Assembly: GCA_012295275.1 (NCBI GenBank) | Contig: CM022677.1 | Coordinates: forward strand, 4,774,001-4,838,000 | Source: Chrysomallon squamiferum | Lineage: Eukaryota; Animalia; Mollusca | DNA length: 64,000 nucleotides | Direction of reading: 5' to 3' | Program-made: the position numbers and the translations under genes | Notes under the pieces: generated by a model | Databases searched by the model: none | Told to the model about the DNA's origin: nothing | Seen by the model: the letters and a program-made list of their open reading frames with translations, nothing else | Part shown: positions 1 through 12,100 of the stretch, piece after piece | Position numbering within the stretch: the stretch's first letter is position 1 | How the letters are laid out: each line of letters begins with the position of its first letter

Positions 1-304
1 TTGTTGATGGATGGAATGATAAGTTTGGTATCCACTCACAGGAGGTTGTTGAGGGATGGAATGATAAGTTGGGTATCCACTCACAGGAGGTTGTTGAGGG
101 ATGAGACGATAAGTTGGGTATCCACTCACAGGAGGTTGTTGAGGGATGGAATGATAAGTTTGGTATCCAGTCACAGGAGGTTGTTGATGGATGGAATGAT
201 AAGTTTGGTATCCACTCACAGGAGGTAGGTGTGGGATGGAATGATAAGTTTGGTATCCACTCACAGGAGGTAGCTGTGGGATGGAATGATAAGTTTGGTA
301 TCCA
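1..304. repeat. 45-bp tandem repeat, at least 6.7 copies (runs off the window); probably coding on the minus strand
   Basis: Unit ttgttgagggatggaatgataagtttggtatccactcacaggagg starts at 1, 46, 91, 136, 181, 226 and 271; the minus-strand frame is open. Confidence 0.95.
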
Positions 305-3300
305 TGTGCTCCAGGATACTGAGGATCTGAAACATAAACACAATGTAAAATCTAAACAATGTTCTTTCAGCTGATTAAATGTCTGTATGCTTTTAATACT
401 AATTTGTATATGTCTTTGTCAGGTTAATGTAATTAGTAATTCATATTGTTTTAAGTATTTTATCAACAATAAATTTCTGCTTAGATGATGTTTATTCATT
501 TTACTTATTAACTAAAGATATATCTGAGCAATCAGAACTATGAAAAAATATATTAAAACCAGTTTTCAGGGAAGAGTTGAATTGAAAAATACTTTTAGAA
601 CTTATTTCAAGTTAAATTTAGACCAATTGTTCTAATATAAAGTTTACAGAAAGAAAACTAATTGTTACTTTGAAGGATATTCCAAGGAGAGAACATCCCA
701 GCTGGTATTGGGTAGCGAAGTGAACTGGAAGCACTCGGATCTTCAAGTGAACTGGAAGCACTCGGGTCTTCAGGTCGACCTGGATACACGTAGTTCTCAG
801 CACCTGGGCACAAATCATATAATTAAAAAATAAATCTACACTTTACTGATTACTGCTTGTACAGTCATACAATTAAAATTAAATCACATCACTGTTATAT
901 ATCAAATCAGACAGAGCCCTAAAATAAAGTACACAGATTAGAAATACATTAACTGCAGGCTAGGATAACCACATGCATCTGAAATTACAGAACATTAATT
1001 TTAATTATTTTAAAATAAAAAAATAAAAGATAACGGTCTTTATTAACTGGATTCGAAGATGTTTTAATCTCAAGTACTGATTAGTACTTAATGCTGAAAC
1101 CATAGATTAGTAACTATGTTCATATTAATAAATTTTGATAAACCTGGAAAGCAAAGGAATAAACAAACTGAGATGTACAAAACCCAGTTTCAGGGCAATA
1201 GTGAAGTATGTCTTTAAAAGAAGCATAAATAAATAAATGATCAGTGTGCAAGTCTTACATACATCAAAGAAGTGAGTACTCACTGTTGAGTCTGAGACAT
1301 GCAAGTGTTACATACATCAAAGAAGTGAGTACTTACTGTTGAGTCTGAGACATGCAAGTGTTACATACATCAAAGAAGTGAGTACTTACTGTTGAGTCTG
1401 AGACATGCAAGTGTTACATACATCAAAGAAGTTAGTACTTACTGTTGAGTCTGAGACATGCAAGTGTTACATACATCAAAGAAGTGAGTACTCACTACTG
1501 CTCACTCCCAGAGATGCAAGGACGTGCTCTGCTGCACAGATTTCTGCCTCCTCAATTGTGTCACTCGGTTTATCCGGACAAAATGTTTTTCTCAGACCTG
1601 GAATTGTCACCTGAAAGAGAAGAACGTTATTTCTTTGTACACAGACAGTGCTTCTTTTATTTGCTTTTTAGTTTAAAAAATACTGTTTTTACTGTTTGTT
1701 TAGAAAGTAAGAAATCAAGGATGTGTACATTATCAGAGAACATACAGCCATCCTCAAGTAGCACAAACCTGGAAAATGAACGACTGTTTTAAATCAGCAG
1801 CTGTCCCAAGGTTTACAGAAAAAAGCTGGTAGACTGGCTTTCCCCACAGATTTTTCTCACACACTTCATCCAAGAGCTGTAAAAAAGTGACAGTTAAAAA
1901 TCAGCTCATTTGAGACTTTCAGTTTGACTGGTAATAGTTATTTTTATAATCCAAAGAGCAAAAGCACCACAAGTGGTGAATATGTAATCATTTGAGACTT
2001 TCAGTTTGACTGGTAATAGTTATTTTTATAATCCAAAGTGCCAAAGCACCAAAAGTGGTGAATATGTAATCATTTGAGACTTTCAGTTTGACTGGTAATA
2101 GTTATTTTTATAATCCAAAGAGCCAAAGCACCACAAGTGGTGAATATGTAATTAATGACTAAATTTAAAGTTTTTACTACGTCTTAGTTCATTAAACCAC
2201 TGAACTGCTTTAGTTAATACTAGTCTTTGCTTAAAACATTAACAAATATCTACTCCATTGCTCAGAGTTTTATTTCAGTGGATTCTTCCAAATCACCAGT
2301 ATTCCAGTATTACTTATATCTTTTAACTTCAAAAACAGGAGCCATTACTAATACAAAATGTATTGGAAGAAAGTTACCACTTATAAATTTGACTGTACTT
2401 GCTCATGTTTCTAACAAATAAATCTTTATGTTTCACATTAAATATAGAAATATATAAATATGATGTCCCTTTAGAGCAGGGGTGCGATACAGCATTCCAG
2501 GTGGTGTGAGGCAGCATTCCAGGTGGTGTGAGGCAGCATTCCAGGGGTGTGAGGCAGCATTCCAGGGGTGTGAGATGGTTTTTCAGTTTTTTGTCTTGTG
2601 TTAAGAGTGCTAACATTCTCAGTTGATTCATTGTCAATTTTTCAGCGCATTCTGTGTTCGTGCAGTGATCATTTCTTTTGTGTCTCTAATAAACAGTTAT
2701 TATACTAATGGTATTTTACCTATATTGTTATTTTAGTTCTAATTAACTTTCTCTATATTTTTCCAGATTACAATTAACAAATTAACAATTAACCCTTAGT
2801 CATGTCAAAGAAAAGGAAATGGAATGATGATTATGTGCAGTTTGGTTTTACTTGCACTGAAACAACTGAAGATCTGCAGAAACCCCAGTGCATACTTTGT
2901 AATGTCGTCTTTTCAAATGCAAATTTGAAGCCATCTAAGTTGCAAGAACACTTTAATAACCGGCATGGTGGAGCAGATGTTGCAGGTCATGATGTTGAAT
3001 CATTGAAAGCAAAAAGGATCCGCTTTGATTCACGAGGAACCCTTCCAAAATTAGGTTTTATATCTGCTGACAAACCACTGTTGATGGCTTCATAGCACGT
3101 GGTGTATAAAGTAGCTAAATCCAAGAAGCCCCGTATAATTGCAGAAGAGGTGATAAAGCCATGTGCATTAGAAATGGCAAAAATTGTCCTGGGAAAAGAA
3201 GCCTCAAACAAGCTTAAACTAGTGCCGTTATCAAATAATGTTATTCAGAGCCGAATTAGTGATTTAAGTTGGGACATTTTGGACCAAGTTATCGCAGATA

Positions 3301-6300
3301 TCAAAGCTAGTCTCTTGAAAATATCTCTCCAGTTGGATGAAACAACTGATGTTGAAAATTCAACTCATTGCATTAGTGAGATATGTTCATGATGGTGCCA
3401 TAATGGAAGATTTCCTGATCTGTGGAGATCTGAAGAGAACCACCAAAGGAAAAGATATCTTCCAATGTGTGAAGAATTTCTTTGCGAAACATGACCTAGA
3501 TATCCAAATTATTGGTTCCGTGTGTACCGACGGTGCCCCTGCTATGCTGGGAAATAATTCAGGATTTTTTGCTTTGTTAAAACAAGAGATTCCGAACTGG
3601 CAAGGTACCCACTGTTTTCTTCATCGACATGCTTTAGCATCAAAAACATTGCCTCCAAAGTTGAAAAATGTCCTTGATACTTCTGTGAAGACCATCAACT
3701 GGATTAGGGGTCGTGCTCTGAACCACTGCCTCTTCAAGTCGCTTTGTCAAGATTTTGGAAGCAAGCATTCAGTTTTGCTTTTCCACAGGGAAGTCTGCTG
3801 GCTGTCACATGGGAGAGCTTTAACACGCTTCTTCGAATTGCGAGAAGTCAAAGCTTTGCTAAAGGAAGGTGATATGATCTTCCTAAAGAAATGGAATCAA
3901 AAGAATTCAACCAAATGCTAGCTTATTTGAGTGACATTTTCAGCCGTATGAATGACCTGAATGTTTCTATGCAAGGGAAAAATATAAACATATTAAAATG
4001 TTGTGAAAAGTTAAATGCTTTCAAAGAAAAGCTACATCTCTGGTGTTGACGAATTAAAAGAGGTAATCTCTCAAATTTTCCATCACTCGAAGAAATGGTT
4101 GATGAAGATGAGTATCTAATTCCAAGTGTGTGTGAAGAAATTGTGAATCATTTGGAAATACTTTCAAAGTCATTTGATGGATATTTTGGAGGAGGAGAAC
4201 TGGAAACTTCTGAAGAATGGATAATAAATCCTTACTCCTTTAATTTGGATTATATGTTGGATGATGAAAAGTTGAAAGACAATCTTATTGAATTGTGCAC
4301 AAATCGTGTTCTTGAAATGCAGTTTGAAAGCAAAACTTTGGAACAATATTGGTGCTTGGCAATGGACATGTTTCCAGGACTTTGTGAAAAATGTAAGTAT
4401 GCTCATCCCATTCGCAACGACTTACTTATGCGAGTCTGGATTTAGTGCTCTTTTGTCAATCAAGACAAAGTCTAGAAATCACTTAAGTGCACAGGCAGAC
4501 ATGTGAATTGCTATCAGTAACAAAGTGCCATGTTTTGAAAAACTCTTAAACAATAAACAGGAACAAAAGAGTCATTAAATTTGATGTGGATTTTACATTT
4601 GAATTTTTAAGATTTTTAAAAAAATCATGCATGGATGAATATTTTATTTTTTGACAAATTAATGTTGTTTGCATGCAGTTTGTTGCATTTGTTCGTTTCC
4701 ATATATTTCATTTTTGTTCATAGAGTACATTATTAAAAATTAGTTATACAAACTTTCTTCGATCCCTTTCAACTTTATTCTTAAATAAATCATTACATGT
4801 ATTGTAAGGGGTGCGAGAAGACATTAAAATATTTTAGGGGTTCAGGGCATTAAAAAGGTTGGGAACCACTTTTTAGATAAATCAGCTTCTCAGCTCTCTG
4901 AACCAAATATACATTAATAAATGAACCAAATATATATTAATTAATGAACCAAATACACATTAATCAATGAACCAAATATACATTAATAAATAAACAAAAT
5001 ATACATCAATTAATAAACAAAATATATATTAATCAATGAATCAAATATACATTAATAAATGAACAAAATATACATTAATTAATAAACAAAATATACATTA
5101 ATCAATAAACAAAATATATATTAATCAATGAATCAAATATACATTAATAAATGAACAAAATACACATTAATTAATAAACAAAATATACATTAATTAATAA
5201 ACAAAATATATACTAATCAATGAATCAAATATACATTAATAAATGAACAAAATATACATTAATTAATAAACAAAATATACATTAATTAATGAATCAAACA
5301 CACATTAATCGATGAATGACACTTTTTTTAGAGGAGGATACTGTGACATCAAAAGCAAATTAGATTTATAGTTTGAAAATTATTCATTAAGGAAACAGAC
5401 CAATGGGAAGATATATATATCTGTATATATATATCCTGCAATCAGTGTACATTTTGCCAAGATGTGACTAGATTAATTTCTGTATGTTTGACCACTGACC
5501 ACAAATGGAGCTTTTTGGAAGAGAATTATATTTACTTCAATACACATCTTTACTCTTTTAAACTTACTTCTTAGTGTTTTATTTCTGGTTTAGACATTAA
5601 AGACCATTTTGAAAATAACAAATAAATTGTTGTTATTTATGAATTATTTTGTTTTGTGTTATTTCATTTTGTGTTATTTAGTTTTGTGTTATTGCAGGAT
5701 AAACAAATACATTCAGATTATTTCACTAGTGAAAATATTTAACATTTAGCATGTCCTGTGTTTAAAAAAGAAGTAAATAAGTGACATGTCTCACATTGAC
5801 TGGAGTCTTTCTGGAGTCTTGAATTCTACTAGCAACTTCTTGGTTAACACTTGTAAAAAGAATAAAAAATAAAAATACTTTTAAAACTGTGTGTATGAAG
5901 ACAAAACAAACAAGTGAGAGTGTTAAATGAAAACTGTGAAGACAAAACAAAAAAGCAGCAGTAAGTGATCACGTGACACTAACAAATCTTTCACTAACTA
6001 AACTGTTGGAAAATTTGTGATTCTCTTTTAAAAACTGTATTATCAGGTTAAGTTATACTATATACTGATTCTGTTTCATTTAAACTGCAATCACAAACCT
6101 ATATTTGATGAATCCAGTGTTAAACAGTTTGATGATGAAAATAATACAACATAAACCAAAAGGATATCAAAATTAAACATGAAATTATTGACCTCGTCAT
6201 ACTTGTTACAGCTGCAGAAACTACATTTCTGTCTGAAAACAATCTAGACTTTGCTGATGGTCAGAAAGGATGTCTTCTCTACAGTTTACATTGCATACAA

Positions 6301-6972
6301 CTTATCATTGCATTTGCAAAGATAAAGTCACAAGAGAGATTAACTCACTTTGGTTTAATTAGTACAGAAAACAGAAATCCTCTCATTTTAGGTGAAAAAA
6401 AGAAAAAGTTTTAAAAAACATTTATTACAAGAGAGTTCATTTCAAACACTGAAATTACAAATAATGTAGTTAATTTATATTTAATTTGAATAAAAGATTT
6501 ATTTGTCAATTTTAATTTATTTTTTAAATATTTAAAATATGATTCTTTTTCACATTTCCTAGTTTTGGTTTTTTTTTGTTGGGGTGGGGGAGAGGAGGGG
6601 ACATAAAACTAGGGAGTTAGCTGTGTGCATCATCAAACTTATGCACAACACTACATCTGTCAGTGAACATTTGTGTTTTATAACCAAATCAGTTCTGTCA
6701 GATAGTTTTAGCAATAAACTAGCCTAAAAATATGAAGCTAAAATTTCTTTCCTTAATTAGAATCAGAAAGTTACCCTTTTATGGGCCTCAGTACTTAGAT
6801 ATAACTTCCTTTTCACCACCTGTCAGATTGCTTCCCTTTAATTTGTATTTTACTCAATTTATTCTAAAACGCTTTATATTAATTTTCCAAATATTATTTT
6901 CTGACGACTAAAATAATGAAAAATAAAAAATAAAAATTTAGAAAAAAAATAAAAATTTAGTACTTACGACAT
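1..6972 (-). CDS. Spliced gene (3' end outside window): stand-alone A1CF/RBM46/RBM47/DND1-type dsRNA-binding domain followed by a Pro/Gln/Tyr/His-rich 15-aa repeat
   Basis: Manually assembled GT-AG exons with matching phases: 6968-6972 (ATG TC|gtaagt), 5795-5849, 1769-1876, 1496-1610, 669-803, <1-326. Translation: MSVNQEVASRIQDSRKTPVN|LLDEVCEKNLWGKPVYQLFSVNLGTAADLKQSFIFQ|VTIPGLRKTFCPDKPSDTIEEAEICAAEHVLASLGVSS|SAENYVYPGRPEDPS...WNILQ|NPQYPGAH(GYQTYHSIPQQPPVS)n. This resembles the A1CF C-terminal dsRBD (LEEICQKNNWGQPVYQL...KITIP...EAKTYAAEYTLQTLG). No stops in frame. Confidence 0.75.
1248..1495. repeat. 53-bp intronic tandem repeat (~4.7 copies)
   Basis: Unit gcaagtgttacatacatcaaagaagtgagtacttactgttgagtctgagacat, with starts at 1301 and 1354; abuts the donor of exon 1496-1610. 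Confidence 0.92.
1906..2151. repeat. 82-bp tandem repeat, 3 copies
   Basis: tcatttgagactttcagtttgactggtaatag... starts at 1906, 1988 and 2070. Confidence 0.92.
2477..4870 (+). mobile_element. hAT (Buster/Charlie, ZBED5/SCAND3-like) DNA transposon, decayed, in an intron of the dsRBD gene
   Basis: Left end CAGGGGTG, right end ...ggttgggaaccact. Flanks ctttagag / ttttagat resemble an 8-bp NNNTANNN Buster target duplication. 21-bp subterminal repeats lie at 2477-2572 and a transposase lies inside. Confidence 0.88.
2802..4578 (+). pseudogene. Buster-type hAT transposase with stops and frameshifts
   Basis: BED-like N-terminus (PQCILC...LKPSKLQEHF), SLQLDETTD, CTDGAPAM, THCFLHRHAL and C-terminal LIPFATTYLCESGFS, split over several frames; TAG at 3093-3095. 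Confidence 0.92.
4900..5310. repeat. AT-rich ~22-bp minisatellite (partner ~57945-58340)
   Basis: Reiterated aatgaaccaaatatacattaat / aataaacaaaatatacattaat. Confidence 0.88.
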
Positions 6973-7481
6973 GACTCTACTCCGGCGATATCACTTTCTG
7001 TTGATTCCGTTTTAACTGAAATAATTTAACATTAAAAATACATTAACAAACATTCATTATAACAAAAGGTCAAAGCATGGGACATGGTAACAAACATTTA
7101 TTATAATTTATTATAATTTATTAAATGTATGTCGAAAATAAATAGTGTACGTTAACAGGTTAAAATATTATTTCGAAGACACTTTTATTATTTATCCATC
7201 TCAAACTGTAAAATATGAAATAACTTATTTCAAAAAAAAACAACAACAACAACAACAAAAAAAAACTATATTAATATAATAATTATAATTAGCACTTTTA
7301 AAGTGGTTGGTGACTAATTTTGTTTTACTGAAATTTTCCTCGCCTGTTTTTTATTAATTCATCAATTAAAAACCCCAAAAGAGACATTCATTGATTTACC
7401 ACGGATACAAAAGTTAAAACTGAACATGTTTTGGAAAATCATCAGCGAGATTTCAGCTCAAAAAGTAGTTTTTCATCCTAC

Positions 7482-7545
7482 CTTCGATCGACGGAGTTAT
7501 TTGCGCTCCGGTATCGCCATGAGCCTTTCTCGCACATGCGCAGTT
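7482..7545 (-). promoter_or_regulatory. Putative promoter and non-coding first exon of the dsRBD gene
   Basis: Local CpG enrichment, NRF1-like TGCGCATGTGCG (7531-7542), an ATGGCG YY1-like core, and donor CGAAG|gtagga at 7482. Conserved in the paralogue at ~55600-55660. Confidence 0.45.
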
Positions 7546-7787
7546 GACACATTAGTGGCTATTTCGTCAGCTGTTTTATTACATAACACATTATTTTTAT
7601 ATGTACCACAAGTTAAACAAGGCTTTTAACTTACTAATTAGATTAATAATTAATTTCTGTACAAAATGATATGAATAAAATGTCCGATTGCAATATACAT
7701 ATTACATACATACCATGAATAATTTTGTATCTGTATAAATGAACTATCTATTGTTTTACAGAATTTTTTGTTTCTATTAATTAATTA

Positions 7788-7821
<34 letters not shown>

Positions 7822-7859
7822 TCTTCTTAAGGGAACTATTAACTTTATACATACTTTTT

Positions 7860-8026
7860 GCTTATTTAAAAACACGTTAAAAAAAATTGGGTGGTTTTGG
7901 ATGGGCTGGAACGGATTAATGATATTTCAATTAATTTCAGTTGGGAAAATTGATTTGATATACGAGCAAATTGAGTTACGAGCTGGGCCATGGAACAAAT
8001 TAAACTCGTAAGTCAAGGTACCACTG
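7860..8026. mobile_element. Tigger/pogo-like (Tc1/mariner) non-autonomous element end
   Basis: Ends ...aaactcgtaagtcaaggtaccactg|TA, i.e. a CAGTGGTACC terminus with a TA target. A longer, differently deleted copy lies at ~54626-55130. Confidence 0.55.
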
Positions 8027-8322
8027 TATTAATAAAATCTATGCTCAGCGTAACAACATATTTGAGGTAATTTGACGTCATGAAACTAACATCTCTTGTT
8101 ACACGGCGTCTGGAATAATAGAGAGTAAACCGTGTTTTGGTCTCAAACCACAATTAATTTCCGCAAATTGTTTAATACTTTCCTTTTAAGAAACAGTATA
8201 AACATTTTTATAAAATCTAAATACAAATTAGGATTATCTGTTTAGTATATTGTAATATTTTTACTTTGAATATTCATTGTTTGTAAAGTTAAATTTTAAA
8301 TGAAATTAACACCTGTTTATTA

Positions 8323-8376
<54 letters not shown>

Positions 8377-8840
8377 CGAAATAAATCGTGTATTAAAGAG
8401 AAATGTGATTTATTATCATTATTATTAGTATTCATTCATTCATTCATTCATTCATACATTTATTTATTTATTTATTTATTATTTTTTGTTGTTTTTGTCA
8501 TTTTTAATTAATTAATTTAGCTTCTTTGTTTTTACATTTTTTTCGTTTTCCTCATTTCACAAAATTTATGACTTTGAGCCTCGAGTTGAACTCGGTAGAG
8601 ACAGGAATCTGTTGATTCTTTATTAAAACTAAATCTGTCGTGAATGAATTTAAACAATGTGCTAAGTCGGATTTGGCGCTAATAAAAACTAACTTTGTTT
8701 CTTGTGTCTTTAATGCACAGTGAAAGGCTTTAATACTTTGAGAAACAGCAACTCTGTCAAAATACGTAATACATTTGACATTTTTACTTGATTAGTTCTT
8801 ATAGGTCCATGAGTGCGAGCGAGTATATTAGTGAGCGCGT

Positions 8841-9320
8841 TTTTATCTGTGAGTGATGTGTAATTTGTGTATCATTGTCTGTCTGTCTGTATGTATCTAG
8901 ATAGATAAATATAGATATATGTACACACTCTCTCTCTCTCTCTCTCTCTCTCTGTATGTGTGTATGTGTCTCAATGTACATATACATACATACAAACATA
9001 TATATATGTTTTTATCTGTGAGTGATGTGTAATTTGTACATCATTGTCTGTCTGTCTGTATGTATGTATCTATATAGATAAATATAGATATATGTACACA
9101 CCTCTCTTTCTCTCTCTCTCTGTATGTGTGTATGTGTCTCAATGTATATATACATACATACAAACATATATATATGTTTTTATCTGTGAGTGATGTGTAA
9201 TTTGTACATCATTGTCTGTCTGTATGTATGTATGTATCTATATAGATAAATATAGATATATGTACACACCTCTCTCTCTGTATGTGTGTGTCTCAATGTA
9301 CATATACATACATACAACAA
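8841..9320. repeat. ~168-bp tandem repeat, 3 copies, containing microsatellites (2 copies in the paralogue)
   Basis: ttttatctgtgagtgatgtgtaatttgt... recurs at ~8841, ~9009 and ~9177. Confidence 0.85.
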
Positions 9321-9506
9321 ATATATATATATATATATGAAGCAATATTAGTAACATAAAAAACACCAATAATGCATTTACCACACTACTGTAACGATCA
9401 CTCCAGTAACAGTACGACTACATCAACTGCTTTTTATTCTCAGTAACTTAAAAACATATATTTTGTAAGCAGAACTATTTTATAATCTATCGACTACACC
9501 TTAGAC

Positions 9507-9960
9507 CAGTGGTTCCCAACCTTTCAAATATAGCGACCCATTTTAGAACAAGCATTCAGGAAGCGACCCCAATCCTTAAAATATCTTATATATACATTCA
9601 TTTTTTTTGTACAACAAACTGCCATATATTGCGATTATTGAATTATAGATTATTTATTCGTGAAGTAACTATACATTCCGTAAATTCATGATTAATTTCA
9701 AATTTATTCATAAAAAATTCCAAAGCTCCTACAAACATTAATTAATTGCAAATCAATTCAAAATTATTCGAACACACAAATTTCCACCGTTATGTAAAGT
9801 ATGTTTATGAACTGAACTTAATGAGACGGCTGGTATTGCAGTTTTTTAGCTAGCAATTCTCTCCTGGGCTCCGTTGTCGATATAGCACACCTCAAGTCGT
9901 CTTCCACATTTAATTTATTTCGGTACTTGTTTTTAAGGATGAGAAGTTGGGAGAATGCTG
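9507..9960 (+). mobile_element. Truncated Buster-type hAT/MITE end
   Basis: ccttagac|CAGTGGTTCCCAACCTTT: same TIR as the right end of the 2477-4870 element, with an NNNTANNN flank. The other end was not found, so the right boundary is a guess. Confidence 0.5.
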
Positions 9961-10180
9961 CTTCACATAAGTAAGTTGTTGGGAACGGCAATAAATATAA
10001 TTACTGCTACTAATACTGCTACAAAAAGTATTATTATCTCTGTTATTAGTAGTAATAGTACTAGTACTGGATTACTGGTAGTATTATTATTTATAATAGT
10101 TATTATTATTTATTATTGTTATTATTATTATTTATTATTATTTATTACTATTATTATTATTATTATTATTCTTTATTACT

Positions 10181-10228
<48 letters not shown>

Positions 10229-10232
10229 GTTC

Positions 10233-10312
<80 letters not shown>

Positions 10313-10383
10313 TATTATTACTATTATTATTATTATTATTCTTATTGTTATTATTATCAATATTGTTTGTTGTTGTTGTTCAG

Positions 10384-10795
10384 TAAGTCATGGAGTGGAG
10401 TGTGCTGACTCGTGTGATGGGCGTTGCTATGGGAAACTGCCGAACCAGTGATGTCACCCGAGTGTGCTGGGGGGTGTAACGGAACCAAGAACACCGACTG
10501 TCTGGTGAGTTGAACTTTGACCTCAGACCAAACATTAGCTCACTAAACTGTATGTAACCCTGGCTGTTGTTTGTGATTGCATGTGTGTGCATTTGAAACC
10601 CAAATTTATTAGTAGTAATATATATTATTATTATTACTATTACCATTTTTTAATTTTTTAATGCTTTTTTCAGTCTTGTCGTCATTGCCTGAATGAAGGT
10701 GCCTGTGTGCCCTACTGTCCCCAGCAGTACACATATGACCTTGACCTTTTTAAGATGGTGCCTAATCCAGAAGCCAAGTTCACACTGGGGTCTCT
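10384..10795 (+). pseudogene. EGFR: EGFR-like furin-like cysteine-rich exons (10384-10504; 10674-10795, truncated)
   Basis: [18 protein letters not shown](fs)ECAGGCNGTKNTDCL|SCRHCLNEGACVPYCPQQYTYDLDLFKMVPNPEAKFTLGS resembles EGFR domain II. It carries a stop and a frameshift, and the second exon is cut by a minisatellite. Confidence 0.8.
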
Positions 10796-11150
10796 CAGTT
10801 TCTGTATCAGTCTGTATTTACTGAATTTCTGCTTCTGTCTGTATTTGCTGAGTTTCTGCGACAGTCTGTATTTCCTGAGTTTCTCAATAAGTCTGTATTT
10901 ACTGAGTTTCTGCATCAGTCTGTATTTACTGAGTTTCTGCATCAGTCTGTATTTACTGAGTTTCTACATAAGTCTGTATTTACTGAGTTTCTACATAAAT
11001 CTGTATTTACTGAGTTTCTACATCAGTCTGTATTTACTGAGTATCTACAATAGTCTGTATTTACTGAGTATCTGCATCAGTCTGTATTTACTGAGTTTCT
11101 ATATAAGTCTGTATTTACTGAGTTTCTGTATCAGTCTGTATTTGCTGAGG
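10796..11150. repeat. 27-bp minisatellite (~13 copies)
   Basis: Unit cagtctgtatttactgagtttctgcat begins exactly at the duplication breakpoint. Confidence 0.92.
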
Positions 11151-11199
11151 TTTAAAACTTCCAGTAGAAATATTTCATACAGCTATTTTATCAACCGAA

Positions 11200-11400
11200 T
11201 ATTTTCAAGACGTGATGAAAATGCGAGGGGTACCTTTTTCAAAGTGGAATAACTTTGCCTCCGCACGTGGCAAAAATGAGGCGCACATACCCAAAAGTGG
11301 GTCAAGGGTTGCCCTGCACGGGTGAAAAGTGGCGCACGCCCCCACCCAAGGGGAACAACTCGTTTCCGACACGTGCAGAAAAAACGCACATATTTGTATG
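11200..11400 (+). repeat. Partial unit of the ~372-bp GC-richer repeat also found at 41905-42705
   Basis: ggggtacctttttcaaagtggaataacttt...cccaaaagtggg...gggtgaaaagtg...caaggggaacaactcgtttccgacacgtgca...aaaaacgcacat is shared, in the same orientation. Confidence 0.88.
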
Positions 11401-11697
11401 ATTCTTGAAATTTGCTGAAAAAGGAATATTCTTGAAGAAGAACTGGTGAAAGGACTTTATTGGATTCTGCCAAAACTAATGATTTTGAAAGAAGGTTAAT
11501 TTAATTTGTGAATGAAGAAGACAAGTTCTAGAATTATTCCTGTATGGAAGCTTTTTGTTATTTCTCTTCAGTACATATATAATGTGTTAAGCACTGTCAA
11601 CCATTGTTGTGGTTGAGAACTCATCTACAACCATTGCTCTTGGTTATAAATAACTGTCTCCGTGAATACAACAATAACAACAAAGTAAATCAGGGTT

Positions 11698-11822
<125 letters not shown>

Positions 11823-11932
11823 CAAACGCTGATGCCTTACCAAACAAACAACAACAACAAAATGTTTATGGGTTACACTCATGACGTTTTAAATTTTATT
11901 TTTTTATTTATTTACTTATTTACAATGAACAG

Positions 11933-12100
11933 AAGCAGAATATGCAGCTAAACGAAAGAAAGTTATCATACGACTTCTGATGGAGAAAGGTTTCAAACCT
12001 GATGGTTGGCTGGGAATGATCAATGAGGCTCAATTCTGTTTTGAATTCAGTGGCAAATATCCAAAAATACAGCAACTCATAAAGGAGCTTGGAAGTAGCA
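11933..12100 (+). pseudogene. Isolated exon encoding the C-terminal half of an invertebrate TIR (TIR_2-type) domain
   Basis: aacag|AA GCA GAA TAT...AGC A|gtaaaa, 168 bp, phase 1-1. EAEYAAKRKKVIIRLLMEKGFKPDGWLGMINEAQFCFEFSGKYPKIQQLIKELG contains the EAEYA...Y/F-KPDGWLG...F-SGKY signature; upstream TIR exons were not found. Confidence 0.7.

Larger units (their letters stand above)
2464..10795 (+). repeat. Left copy of an ~8.3 kb inverted segmental duplication (partner 52275-60879)
   Basis: Continuous reverse-complement match over the hAT, AT minisatellite, dsRBD gene 5' exons and promoter, and EGFR exons. Paired ORFs in the track (7426+/55513-, 5762-/57250+, 4170-/58832+) confirm it. Confidence 0.95.

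Noticed and set aside
1-374. Plus-strand ORFs 1-228 and 114-374
   Set aside because: Shadows of the 45-bp repeat; the splice-supported frame is on the minus strand.
9955-10451. Poly-Leu/Ile/Asn ORFs here and at 13313-13600, 16895-17165, 49704-50070 and 52593-53105
   Set aside because: (AAT)n/(AGT)n microsatellite translations; only the embedded EGFR exon parts are meaningful.
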